Part shown: piece by piece, positions 49,551 through 62,700 of the stretch
Layout: each line of letters begins with the position of its first letter
How positions within the stretch are numbered: the stretch's first letter is position 1
NCBI RefSeq assembly: GCF_004010195.1
Contig: NC_057728.1
Span: 43,353,431 to 43,417,430 of the forward strand
Source: Chiloscyllium plagiosum
Taxonomy: Eukaryota
Direction of reading: 5' to 3'
DNA: 64,000 bases
Translations under genes and position numbers: made by a program
Notes under the pieces: model-generated
What the model saw: only the letters and a program-made list of their open reading frames with translations
Databases searched by the model: none
What the model was told of the DNA's origin: nothing

Positions 49551-49822
49551 GATCAGACATTTGAGATATGCACCACAGGTCAAAGGGATTCAAAATATAT
49601 GTAAGTTCACATGAACAATATTCAAGAAGTGTCATTTGTTTATAAATGATAGTTCTCCTAATGTGACCAATGTGAAATAGTACACAAAAGCTTCCTTAAA
49701 ATCTTTATAACAATTTATCAAGCAAGTTATTGACAGGCTTTTGGGGGAGATGGCACAGACCTTAGTAATATAATATTATAATAAGTTCTTGATTAAAGTC
49801 ATCTTCAAATCAGTGCAGTTAC

Positions 49823-49957
49823 CTTTGTCAGAGCTGCAATTCTCTGGGCAAGTTCAGCTTCTACCTCTGGTAATGTTTCTGCTCTCTTCATTGTTTGCTG
49901 TAGCTTCTGTTCAGCATGTTCCAGACGTTCCTGCAACTGTCTATTTTTATCTTCGAG
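49823..49957 (-). CDS. PPFIA2: Liprin-alpha exon, 135 bp, phase 0-0
   Basis: tttag|CTC ... AAG|gtaact. Translates [45 protein letters not shown]. Confidence 0.93.
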
Positions 49958-50749
49958 CTAAATTTCCATGTAACAGAAATGCAGAATATTAATTTAAATA
50001 AGTATCTGATAATAGACTTTTCCTACATCATTACACTGAAGAGTTTAATATTTATAAATAAATTATAATTATCTGAAATGAATATACTTTATAAATGTGT
50101 TCAACATAATCCCAATATTATTGTATCTGTAATGTAGTTTTCCTATAATTTATAGCTTTTACGACATGCATTACCCGAACTACAGAAAATTATATTCTTA
50201 AGTATTAATATGTCAAAACTATTCAAATCTTTTACAGGGTAATTATTAGTACATTGAACCTAAGAGTTAATAACAAAGCATAACAAATAACTTTGTGACT
50301 TCATAGATTGACTGAAGTGTTCATTAAGAATAATGTTAACAATATGCCAATTACAGTACATAATAACAGCTTGGATTTGTTCTAAGATCTTGAATTATTA
50401 AAAGACCCAGAGACCAATGTTCCAATCATTCCATTCCATTAGTAGAAAGTGCACTTTAATGCTCCAAGTTAAGGAATACATTCCCATAAATGGTCAGGAT
50501 TGGCTGACAAAGTAGGTAAATTAGTACCTACAAGAACATGTAACAATGGTGTACAAGAAATCTGTTCAGCTTGGGAGCAATGGAGGCACATGCAGGAGCC
50601 AAAGTTTAAAAAGGTATCAAATATTTCATATCTAAAGATAAGCATTAAGGTGAGGAATTTTAAGTGTTTGACCTGCACCAGAGTAAATAAACATGGCTTG
50701 GTAAAGTTTTGGGAACTTTTGTGTGGACGTTTTGAAGTTTTTCATGCAT

Positions 50750-53700
50750 TCTGAAAGGGGAGAGTGACGAGCAGAAGGCTGCACATGTTGACAGAGATTG
50801 GGAGAAAGATGAGGTTCTGCAGAGAGAATATAAGAAATTAGGCAGGAGGTTAAAAAATAGGTCCTCGAGGTTATATCTGAATTACTCCTGGTGCCATGTG
50901 TTAGTGAGAGTAAGGCTAGGAGGAAAGGGAAGATGAATGGATGGCTAAGGAGCTGCTGTAAGGGGCAAAGATTCATATTTTTGGACCATTCAGATCTCTT
51001 CTGGGGTAGAAGTGACCTATATAAGAAGGATGGGTTGCACCTGAATTGGAAGGGGTTGAATATCCTTGGGGAGATTTGCTAGTGCTATTCGGGAGGCTTT
51101 AAACTACTGGGCGGGTGGGGGTGTGGTGGGGTGGGGGGTGGAGGGACCCAAAGAGATAATGAGAGAAGAGATAAGCCTAAGACTGGTAAAGTAGGTAAGG
51201 GGATCAAGTTAAAAAGTCAAGGCAGGTAAGAACAAGGTAAGACTAGCAAATTAAACTGCATTTATTTAAATGCAAAAGGCATGACAGGTAGGGCAAATGA
51301 ACTTAGGACATGTTGAGAAAATGGGACTGGGATATCATAGCTATTACAGAAACATGGCTCAGGGAGGGACAGGACTGGCAGCTTAATGTTCCAGGGCATA
51401 GATGCAATAGGAAGGATAGAAGGGGGAGCAAGAGAGAAGGGGGAGTGGCGTTTTTGATTAAGGATAACACTACAGTTGTACTTCGGGCAATATTCCTAGG
51501 AAAACGTCCAGTGAAATTATAAGGGTGGAACTGAGGAATAAGAAAGGGATCATCACCTTATTGGGATTGTATAACAGGTCCCTCAATAGGCAGTGGAAAA
51601 TTGGGAAGCAAATCTGCAAGGACATTTCTGATACCTATAAGAATAACAGGGTGTAATGGTAGGGGATTTAAACTTTCTATACATAGGGAACTGGGACTGC
51701 CGGTGTTAAGGGCTTGGATGGAGAAGAATTTGTTAAGTGTGTTCAAGAAAACTGACTTCTTCCATATCTGGATGTATCTACTAAAGAAGGACCAAAACTT
51801 GACCTTCCCTTGGGAAATAAGGCAGGGCAAGTGACTGAGGTGTCACTGGGGGAGCACTTTGGGGCAAGTGATCATAATCCTAGTAGTTTTAAAAATAGCT
51901 ATAGCCAATGATACACCTGATCTAAAAGTTAAAGTTCTAAATTGGAGAAAGACCAATTTTGATGGTATTAGCAGGAACTTTCAAAAGTTGATTGGGAGAG
52001 GCTGTTCACAGGTAGTGGGATGGTTGGAAAGTGTGAGGCCTTCAAAAATGAGGTAGTGAGAGTTCAGAGACAGTATATTTCTGTTAGTACTAAGGGCAAG
52101 ACTGGTAGGTGTAAGGAATATGGGATGTCTAGAAAAATTGAGCCTCTGGTCAAGAAAAAGGAGAAATATATCAGGTATAGAGAGCTGGGATTGAGTGAAT
52201 CCCTAGAAGAATATAAGGGCAGTAGGAGTATATTTAAGAGGGAAATCAGGAGGGTAAAAAGGGGACATGGGATAGCTTTAGCAAACAGAGTTAAGGAGAA
52301 TTCAAAGAGATTCTAAAAATACATTAAGGGCAAAAGGTTAACTTGGAAGAGAATATGGCCTCTTAAAGATTAATGAGGACATCTATGTGTGGAACCACAT
52401 GAGATGGATGATATACTAAATGAATATTTTACGTCAGTATTTACTGTGGACAAGGACATGAAAGCTAGGGAACTTGGGGAAATAAATAGTGATGTTTGAA
52501 AAGTGTCCTTTTTACATTAGAGGAGATGCTGGCAGTCATCAATGCCTGATTAGGGTATTCCCAGAACTTTGTGGGAAACAAGGGAAAAGTTTGCTGGGCC
52601 CCTTGCTGAGATATTAATATTATGGACAGCCGCAGCTAATGTGATGTCATTATTAAGAAAGGTAGTAAGGAAAAGCCAAGGAACTGTACACCGGTGAGCC
52701 TGATGTGAGTGGTACATTACTGGAGGAGATTCTGAGGGACAGGTTTTAATTGCATTTGGAAAAGAAAGGACTGATTAAGGATAGTCAACTTAGCTTTGTG
52801 CATGGAAAATCATGTCTCACTAACTTGATTGAGAAGATGTGACCCCAAATATTGATGAAGGCAGAGAGGAAGATGTTGTTTATATGGACTTCAGCAAGGT
52901 ATTCAACAAGGTTCTGCATGGTAGACTGGTTAGAAAGGTTAGATGGAATCCAGGTGGAGCTAGCCAATTGGATAAAAAATTGGCTTTAAGGTAGGAAACA
53001 GAAGGTGTTAGTAGAGGGTTGTTTTTTGGACTGAAGGCCAATTTGCTGCAAGGATTTGTGCTGTCCACTGTTTTTCGCTATTTATGCAAATGATTTTGAT
53101 ATGAACATAGAAGATATGGTTATTAAGTTTGCAGATAACACCAAAATTAGTAGTGTAGTGGACAGTGAAGAAGATTATCTCAGAGCACAATGGGAACTTG
53201 ATCAGATGGGCCGATGAACCAAGGATTGGCAGATGGAATTTAATTCTGATAAATGTGAAGTGCTGCATTTTGGTAAGATAAACCAAAGCAAAACTTATAC
53301 AGTTAATGGTAGGGCCCTGAAAAGTGTTGCCAAACAAAGAAACCTAGGGATGCAGGTGCATAGTTCATTGAAAATAGAGTTGCAGATAGACAGGATGGTA
53401 AAGAAGGCTTTTGGCACGCTTGCCTTCATTGGTCAGTGCACTGAGTATAGGGGTTGGGACATCATGTTGCAGCTATACAGAACAGTGGTGAGGCCACTTT
53501 TCGAATACCGTGTTCAATTCTGGTCTCCCTGCTGTAGGAAAAATGCTATTAAATTTGAAAGGGTTCAGAAAAGAATTTCAAGGATGTTACTGGTTTTGGA
53601 GGGTTTGAGTTATAGGGAGAGGCTGAATAGGCTAGTGCTTTTTTCCCTGGAGCGTTGGAGACTGATGGATGACCTTACAGAGATTTATACAATCATGAGG

Positions 53701-54040
53701 GACATGGATGGGATGAATAACCAAGGTCTATTTCCCAGGGGAGGGGAGTCCAAAGCTAGAGAGCATAAGTTTAAGGTGAGAGGGAAAGATTTAAACAGGA
53801 CCTGAGGGGCAACGTTTTCACACAGAGGGTGGTGCATGTATCGAACGATCTGCCAGTGGAAGTAGTGGAGTTGGGTACAATTACAGTATTTAAAAGGCAT
53901 CTGGATGGAGACATGAATAGGAAGGTTTTAGAGAGATATGGGTCAAATGTTGGCAAATAAGTTTAGGATATCTGGTCATCATGGATGCAATTGCCCAAAG
54001 GGTCTGTTTCCATCCTGTCTTACTCTATGATTATGACTAA
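50750..54040 (+). mobile_element. CR1/HER1 LINE, near full-length, degenerate
   Basis: ORF1 esterase-like tail (FLDHSDLFWGRSDLYKKDGLHLN), EN (DIIAITETWL, GGVAFL), RT and C-terminal blocks (MEFNSDKCEVLHFG, VRPLFEYRVQFWSP), then a CR1 3' end with a ctatga repeat tail. Confidence 0.9.
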
Positions 54041-55020
54041 ATGATGAGATTTCCAACAAAGTTTTGGAAGGAGTAATTTCTGGACTGGCTTATATCTTCA
54101 CTAAGCACAGTTTGTTTGTTGTGGGGAAGATGTGGTGGGAGTAGAGTATCCCTTTATTGATAACTAATTGAAAAAATATTTTTAACATATGTTGCTCAAG
54201 ACAGCCAGCAGCAGGTCCTGCACCTTCTTCTGGCACTTAACTCAGAGAACTCTGTGTTTGTTTCAGAGAGCCATTATTGTTAGATCATGATATTTCACAA
54301 CATTTTGAGTTTAAAAATGTGAAAATTACATATACTGTACGTGGACATATAACTCATGAATCCCATCAAACATTACAATGGCTGTATACCCCATCATTAA
54401 AAATGAGGAAGAATCAAACAAATCACATTTTGTGCTCGATAAAAAAATATTTTTCACCTCAAAAATATCTCACAATTTAATAGTGACATAACCTCACTAC
54501 TGATTCCAAAAATATTCTCTAATGGCAATTATGCAGCCAATGCCAAGTGTCATATAACCTCACTGCTAATACTAGCCCCTAATCTACAATATACAAAAGA
54601 TGAAATTGACAGTTTTATTTATTGAAGTAGAGTGACCTTACTTTTATATATCAAATCAGTAATGAGTAACAAACAACTTTCTTTATGATTAGTGTGGCCT
54701 TATCCCATTTAATTTGTTTATAAGGTCTTTTGAACTTCTGATGCAAATTTCCTGATGCAGCATTATCATTGCATGCCTATCTATATTTTTACAATTTTAA
54801 TCAACATGTATGAACTATGATGTAAACATATTGGAAATCGAATTAGTTAACATTTTATCGGTGTTCATCAAGTTCCAAGTACACTTATAATACTGCAAAG
54901 AATAGTATTGAGTCTGAAGATTTGGAGCGTTCTATCAAGAGAAATGTAAGGGGAATCAAAATATTACACAAAAGTGAAAACATTAAAAACTGTGAAAAAA
55001 CTTGACATTTATATAAAAAA

Positions 55021-55184
55021 GTTGAAACTTTATTGCTGGAACAGCACAGCAGGTCAGGCAGCATCCAGGGAACAGGAGATTCGACGTCGAATCTCCTGTT
55101 CCCTGGATGCTGCCTGACCTGCTGTGCTGTTCCAGCAATAAAGTTTCAACTTTGATCTCCAGCATCTGCAGACCTCACTTTCTC
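55021..55184. mobile_element. Palindromic PLE-derived insertion with 15-bp TSD
   Basis: CATTTATATAAAAAA at 55006-55020 and 55185-55199. Overlaps a perfect spacerless palindrome. Confidence 0.9.
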
Positions 55185-56738
55185 CATTTATATAAAAAAA
55201 CAAATTGTAGAGAGTTTTTACAAGTGTACAAAAAGGAGAGTAGCAAAAGTAAACATGGGTACCTTTGATGTGGAGACAGGAAACATTATCAAGGGGAATC
55301 AGGAGTCAGTGGAGATATCATCAAATAGTTTGTCTGTTTTCTCATTAGAAAACACAAACTGCATTTCAGAAATAGTGAATAATCAAAGGGTTAAAACATT
55401 GAGGAAACTTAAGGGGCAGAAGGTAGGAAAGCTGGCAAATGGAAGGACTGTTCTGACTTCAGCAAAATGCCCATAGAGGTGGAAGGGCACTCAATTTACA
55501 AGGAATGGGCAATAAATATTGGCCCAGCCTGGAAAGGCTACAACCTTTGAATGAGTTTTTAAAATAGCAACTTAAAGAGGGCTTCAAAATCTTCATCATT
55601 ATTGCTGCAGCAAGAGGTTATCAAGCACTCCCCGCTTCCCCCCCCCCCACCCCCATCAAAGTGTTCCCTTCCATCTTGCCATGCCTCCTGAAAAATCTAT
55701 GGTATGTTCAACACATTCTTGGTATATTCCAAGTAAATCTATGTTTTAATTAATGTATGTATTTTAATGTCCTTTCTAGAATGAAGTGGCTAACTCTACA
55801 CAATACACAAACATGGCCATGCCAAAACCATGTACAACTTCAGATTTATACGTGCATAGATATTTTTAATCAACGTTTTCAGACATACGTCTGAAGCAGA
55901 TGGGACTTGAACCCAGGCCTAATTGCTCAGAAGTAAGGACACTACCACAGCACCACACAAGCTCTTCCATTCTTGTATACATGAGCAATCCATCTGCTTT
56001 AGGTGGCCATGTGTGCATCCATTTACTGGCATACTTAAAAATGCAACATTTATGCCTTGGTCACCCAAAAGGCAACTAATGTGCCCCAGCCCACATTTTT
56101 CACCTGCCAGCCACCAATTTTACTGACAAAAAAAAGATATTTGCAAAGTACACTTTGTCCTATGTCTTTCTAGCCACGCATTTTGCTCCCCTATTTTATG
56201 CTGATTAGTGCGTGCAGTTATAAGTAATTCTGACTTAACAATCTTCAAAGTACTATGTCTGAAATCCTGAAACATCTTCTGGAGAATAAATTCTATTCAT
56301 TCGTCTTGTATACAAAATACTTCATAGCTTCCAATTGCGTTCTTATTCTTTCCAAACTTTTTGCACTTACTTTATTAACATACCTTAATATACCTACCTT
56401 TAACAGATAAGCAGTTAAATATACTAAAAAGGATGAATGTTGCCAGCACCTCATATACATAACCATTGAAAATAGAGAGTTCCTTCTGAATTACTGTTCT
56501 AGGAAATGTTTGGTAATGTCCAGACTGGGATCTTTGTCTACTGAATTATTTTTTAAAAATCTCTAAAAATATATTTCATACAATTTGGTGATGATAAGAA
56601 TATTTCAGCAGAGACAAGGAAATAGATTGATCTTTGCTGGTATGTTCTTTCTTCAACTTCGAACATTCCTTTTAAAATTCAATGTTGAAAGTGACATATC
56701 ATTCATAGAATGACCTCAAATGAACAAATTTACTGAAC

Positions 56739-56885
56739 CTGGCGTAAGAATGCATCTTTATTTGCCAATTCATTTTCAAGTTTGTCATTTATGTCATGTA
56801 ATGAAGTTGATTCTCTCTGCACATTGAGGTACCGCTTTTCCAAAGTAGTTATCCTTTCTTCCATATCCTCTTTCTGTGCGATTAC
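56739..56885 (-). CDS. PPFIA2: Liprin-alpha exon, 147 bp, phase 0-0
   Basis: tctag|GTA ... CAG|gttcag. Translates [49 protein letters not shown], a conserved liprin coiled-coil segment that is not in the ORF track. Confidence 0.93.
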
Positions 56886-58554
56886 CTAGAGAAAATCAAT
56901 GAAGCCAATTTTACTTTGCTTTATTTTTAGACATTCTGGTGCAAGCAAAATGTTGTTATTTCAATGTAGGCTGTGATAACAATAGTGTACAAATCAGAGC
57001 AGGAGAAAGTTTTCCTGAAGTGCATTCAGAAGAATTATTTTGATCAGTACGTTTTGGCTCAACAAGGAAGAAGACATTGCTGGATCTGGTTCCAGGGAAT
57101 GAATCAAGTGGACCAATAGTCAGTAAAAGATCCCTCAGGGAACAGTTTTGATAGTATCATACTGTTTATATTAACTATAGAATAAAAAGGAGCCATCGAA
57201 AGCAAAAATATACAGCCAGAGGACAGGTAACTTCAGTTGCTCCGAATGGACTGGTTCTTGGTAAGTTGAAGTGAAAAACTGGCAGATAAAATGATAATGG
57301 AACAATGGATTACCTTTACGGATAAGAGAGCTTGTGTGTCGTTAAGCAATATTTCTGCAAGGTGAAAGATAAAGCAATTATAGGCAAAACTCCCTGGATG
57401 ATAATAGACATAAAGAGTGGGTGGAAGTTAATGCTGGTGGGGCCCACTTAATTGCAGAGGCGGGCCCACTTCAGCCAACAGGAGTTATCAAAGCCTCCCA
57501 GTTAAGTCAGATGGTGGAGGAAACTGACGCTGGATTCCTAGCAAGTGGCAGCAGAACGTGTGTATGTTTGTGGTGGAGGATAGGTGCTTGGCAGTGTGAT
57601 GATAAACCATATCCTCCAAAATGTGCACTACCTCCCATTCTGCCCTCATGTTTGCTTGGGTACCCCTACAGTCCTGGGCCTCTGGCACATGCATTACTGG
57701 CAGTTCCCACAGCTCCTCATGACAGTATTGAGTTGCTGGCCTCTGATTGGTCAGCAGCTTTCATGGACAGATAATTTTCTTGAGGATATAATAAACAGGG
57801 TGGATAAAGGGAACCGGTCAATACAGTGTATTTGAATGTTCAGTATGGATTCATCTTGGTGTCATATAAAAGATTATTGCTCAACATGCAGCTCATGGAA
57901 CTGGGGGCAGCTTACTGCCAAATTCTCAACAGCAACTGGGGATGGGCAAACATAAGTGATTACCTCATGAATGAACTGAAAACTGTATTAGCATGAATTG
58001 AGGATGAGTTAACAAAAAGAAATTAAAATTAATGGGGTATTTTTCAGGTTGGAAATATGTAATTAGTGGAGTGCTACAGGATCGGTTCAAGGTCCTCAAT
58101 TATTTATTTACTACCTATATGAATGAATTGGAGGAAAAGCAGAATGTAATGTATCCAGATTTGCTGATTATACAAAAATAATGAGAAGGCATATTGTTAT
58201 GAAGACATAAGGAATCTGCAATAGAGTATAGATAGACCGAATGAGCGGGCAAAACATTAGGCGATAGACTGCTGATTTTGTGATATATGTTAATGACTTG
58301 GAATTAAATGTATAGGCATATAGAACCCTGGGCTTTATAATTTGAGACATGGAGTAGAAAAGCAAAAAAAAAGCAACTGGAATAAAGTGTCTAATTTTGG
58401 AATGAAGACTTTAGACGGGGTGCACAAAGGAATGTAACAGAATGGGTCCAGGAGTGAGACGTCAGATACATGACTGGGTTAGAGAACCATGAATGATCTC
58501 CTTAGAGGAGGGAAGGTTGAGGATTTCATTGTGTGTTCAATGTCCTGAGTGGAC

Positions 58555-58765
58555 TATGATGTGGAGGTGCCTGTGTTGGACTGGGATGGGCAAAGTTAAA
58601 AATCACAAGATAATGTTATGATCCAACAGGTTTATTTGGAAGTGCAAGCTTTTGGAGCACTGTTCCTTTGTCAGCTACCTGATGAAGGAGCGGCGCTCCA
58701 AAAGCTTGTACTTCCAAATAAACCTGTTAGACTATAACCTGGTATTGCGTGATCTTTAACTTTGA
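58555..58765. mobile_element. Head-to-head inverted pair of PLE termini (19481 family) with two decayed hammerheads
   Basis: aaagttaaaaatcac...ggtttatttggaag..caagcttttggagc mirrored by ctgatgaaggagcggcgctccaaaagcttgtacttccaaataaacc...gtgatctttaactttg. Confidence 0.8.
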
Positions 58766-58917
58766 TTGTTCCAGACAAAGTAATAGAGGAGAAATTCTCT
58801 TTAGCAGAGAGGTTAAGAAAAAGTGTACAGAGATTTTTGGTGATTAATAAAAGAAACAAAGGTGATATGAGAAAATGTTTAACTTCTTTTCAAGAGAAAA
58901 TGCTTTCAGTTTCCTAC

Positions 58918-59139
58918 CTCTCTGATATCTCTCTGGTACTTAGTACTCATTTCTTCTGACTTAATCAGGTCTTTTCTGGCTGTTTCTAGATCTTGTTCCA
59001 CTTCAGCTAACTGACCAGACAATGTTGATAGTCGCTCTTTTACTTGTGTCATCTCATAATTCTGCTTGTCCAGTAATTCTTGTAGTTCCACAACTTCATT
59101 CATTTTATTATTAGTGTCAATAGAACCATTAGAAAGAGG
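58918..59139 (-). CDS. PPFIA2: Liprin-alpha (PPFIA2-like) coding exon, first in window, 222 bp, phase 0-0
   Basis: Acceptor ttttcag|CCT, donor GAG|gtagga. Translates PLSNGSIDTNNKMNEVVELQELLDKQNYEMTQVKERL...TKYQRDIRE, matching the liprin-alpha-2 segment RLSNGSID...KYQRDIRE. The paralogue assignment is less certain than the family. Confidence 0.93.
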
Positions 59140-59749
59140 CTGAAAAGGAAAAGTAAATTATTTTAGTCATGGAGTTCAAACATTTAATGCAGAAAAAAAT
59201 TCACAGTAAAATCTAACACAATAACACAATGTTAAGTGAAAGATTATAAAGCTTCTATTATTCAGGGACAAACTGAACATGAAGAATAAGTAAAAATTGA
59301 ATTGAATTGATGCACCAATCAATAAGCACCCTTATTTTGTGTCTCTTTTGATGAGTGCAAGACCAAAGTTTTGACAATGTCTCTCTCCTTCCAGTGAGAA
59401 TCAAGTTTTATAATACTCAGTGACTAAAAATAATAGTAACCCAAAGTAAGATGCATCTGGTCATTTTAGGATTAGTTAAAAGAGAATGGGGGAGATTTTC
59501 CCTTCACATCAATAGGCCTTGGTATTCTTGGGAACTGCTCCCCATCTGCTGCTAACCCTTCATCATAAAGGTGATGAGAACCTTATTTACATGTGAAATC
59601 AGATTTCCATTACACTTCCAACAAATAAGTGCTGACAGAGCACAAGAAACTCCAAATAATTTTCCAGCCTTAATCACTGCAAACAATTGTAGCTTTGGAT
59701 ATATAACCATAATGCCTCTTTGCAATCATAGCATCACTTCAAATCTTTC

Positions 59750-62700
59750 AACATGAATTAAATCAATAGCAAAATCAGTAGTTTGAATCCTATAAACCAT
59801 TGTCTATTGTCATGAAACCTATTTGATTCATTAACAGGGAAGGAAAACTTTATCCTTACTTGATCTGGACTACATGCGACTCGAGATTCAAAGTTACACA
59901 GTTGATTCTTAACAGACTTCTGAACTGTCCTTGCAAGCCACTCAGCCATAGAAAACAGCAAAGAAATTTCAAACAAGAATGAAACCAGACAGACCACCTG
60001 GCAGCAGAAATAACAATTGCAAACTCAGCCCTATCTATCCTGCGATGTCCTCCTTATCAACATCTGGCAGCAAATGAAAAGCAGTATCACAGACGAGTCA
60101 AGCAACAGCCTGACATAGTTAAACTCATTGAATTGTACATTACATAAAATGTCTCAGACCATCACTATCACCATCACTTGGGTATGTCCACTTTATGTCA
60201 GCTGAGTGGTGGCACAGTTCATACAATCAGGTGTAAGTTGCCCAAAGTCTTTAACATTGACTCAGTCGATGTTTCATGCATAAGTCCTTCATCATTCCTG
60301 ATAAAGGGCTTATGCTCGATGGGTCAAATCTACTGCTCTTCAGCTGCTGCTTGACCTGCTGTGACTTTCCAGCTCCACACTTTTCAATTCAGATCAAATA
60401 TGGGCAAGGAAACATCCTGCTGAATACCAGCTATTGCACCTTTGCTTGTATTGATGAATCCCCAATGATGAACAACACTTGGAGGAATTACTGAAGAAGA
60501 ACGTATTCTTCAGCCCATCATCAAGATCAACTCGGTAGCAGCGTTACTAACAATGCTGGTCATATCCTTTTGTGACTAGACTGGGTCAATGGTACGTGGT
60601 GAAGAAACCAACAAGGGGGAAAAACATTCTTGACATCATTCTCTCCAATATGCCTGTCACAGGTGTATATGTCTATAAAGTATCAAGAATAATAACCACT
60701 GCACAATCCTTGTGGAGACAAAAAGTTCTAACATCACATTGAGCATAATTTCCATTGTATTGTTTGACTTTATCAAATATATCTAGCAACTCAATACTGG
60801 GCATCCATGAGTTTTTGTGATCAATTAGAAGCATGCAGAATTATACTCCAAAACAACCTGCAAACTCATGACTTGGCATATCACTCACTCTGTAACTACC
60901 ATCAAGCCAGAGGGTTAATCCTGTTTCAATGAAAAGTGCAGGTGAGCTTGTCAGAGGGCATACCAGAAAATGTGGTGTCAATCTAGTGAAGTTACAAAAC
61001 GGTTTAAGCAGCAAATGATAGACAGGGCTAAGAAGTTCCACAACCAACGGATCAGATCTAAGTTTTGCAGTCCTGCTACATCCAGTCATGAATGGTGGTG
61101 TATAAGTAAGCTGCAGAGGAGGTTCCATGAATATTTCTACTCTCAGTATTGGGAGAGCCAGACTAGTGGAAAAGATAATGTTACAAATAATTGCTAGAAT
61201 CTTTAGCCAGTAGTGCAGTGCGGATGATCCATATCATCCTTCTCTCCTTCAGAAGTTCCAAATATTGCAGAAGTCTTTTTAAGTGAATTCAGTTCACAGA
61301 TGTAGCATCAAGATACAGCTGATAACACTGGATACTTCAAAGTCAATGTGCTCTGGCAACATTCCAGCAATTGTACTGAAAACTTATGCTCCAGAGCTTG
61401 CCACACTACTAGCCAAGCTGTACTACCTCAGTTATGAGGAGAAAGTGAGAACTGCAGATGCTGAAAATCAGAGTCGAAAAGTGTGGTACTGGAAAAGCAC
61501 AGCAGGTCAGGCAGCATCCGAGGAACAGGAGAATTGCCTTTTCGGGCGTAAGCCCTTCATCATAAATGTGATGAATGTGATTCCTGATGAAGGGCTTATG
61601 CCCAAAACATTGATTCTCCTGCTTCTTGGATGCTGCCTGAATGGCTGTGCTTTTCCAGCACACACTTTTCAACTCTGTTTCACCACAGTTGCAATACTGA
61701 TATTTATCCAATAGCACGGTCAATTGCCCAGGTATATCCTGTACATGAAAAGTGGAACAAATCCATCCTAGACAATTACCATGTCATCAGTTTACTTTCG
61801 ATCATTACTAATGTGATAGAAGGGGTCATGCTATCAAGCAGCAATGCTTAACAATAACCTGCTTGTTAAGGCTCAGCTTGGGTTCTGGCAAAATCACTCT
61901 GATCTCATTACTGCTTTCGTTGAAATGTCAATAAAACAGCTAAACGTCAGAGGGGAGATGAGAGTGACCATTCTTGATACCAAGGCTGCACTTACCAAGT
62001 GAGGCATCATACAGTCCTAGCAAATTACATTCAATGAGAATCAGAGGCCATCATCTCCACAGGTTGGAGTCATACCTAGCAAAATGAAAGACGGTTGTGG
62101 TTGTTAAGATCAACAATTCCAGCTTCATGACATCTCGAAGGAGTTCCTTAGGATATATCCAACCATCTCAATTATCTTCAGCTGCTTCGCTGATGACCTT
62201 CCATCTATCCTAAGGTTAGAAATGGGAACGTTTGCTGTTGATAGCACAATATTCAGCACCATTTGTGATACTGATACAGATACTGAAACAGTATACATCC
62301 AAATGCAATAAGTCCTGGATAATGTCAAGAATTGCGCTGACAAGTGACAAACAATATTACACCACAGAAGAGTCAGTCAATGCCCATCTCCACCAAGAGA
62401 AAATCTGACCATCATCTCATGAGATTCAATGGCATTACCATTGCTGAGTCCCCCCAACTACATACATCACTGGGTCAGGATTGATCAGAAACTGAACGGG
62501 ACTAGCCATATAAGTCCTGTAACTATAAAAACAGGTCAAAAGCTAGGAATCCTGCAGTGAGTAATTCACCTCCTGACTCTTGAAAAACTGTTCACCATCT
62601 ATAAAGTATAAGTAAGGAGTATGATAGAATATGCCTAACTTGCCTGGATGAGTACAACTTCCATAGCAAGAAGCATGACACTATCCAGAACAGAACAGCT

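Noticed and set aside
30026..49822. Possible additional alternative liprin exon in the 20-kb intron
   Set aside because: No liprin-like segment with credible splice sites was recognised by eye. It cannot be excluded without RNA-seq.
51108..51146. G-run tract as a stand-alone regulatory G-quadruplex
   Set aside because: It lies at the ORF1/ORF2 junction of a dead CR1 where G-runs commonly expand. There is no evidence of function.
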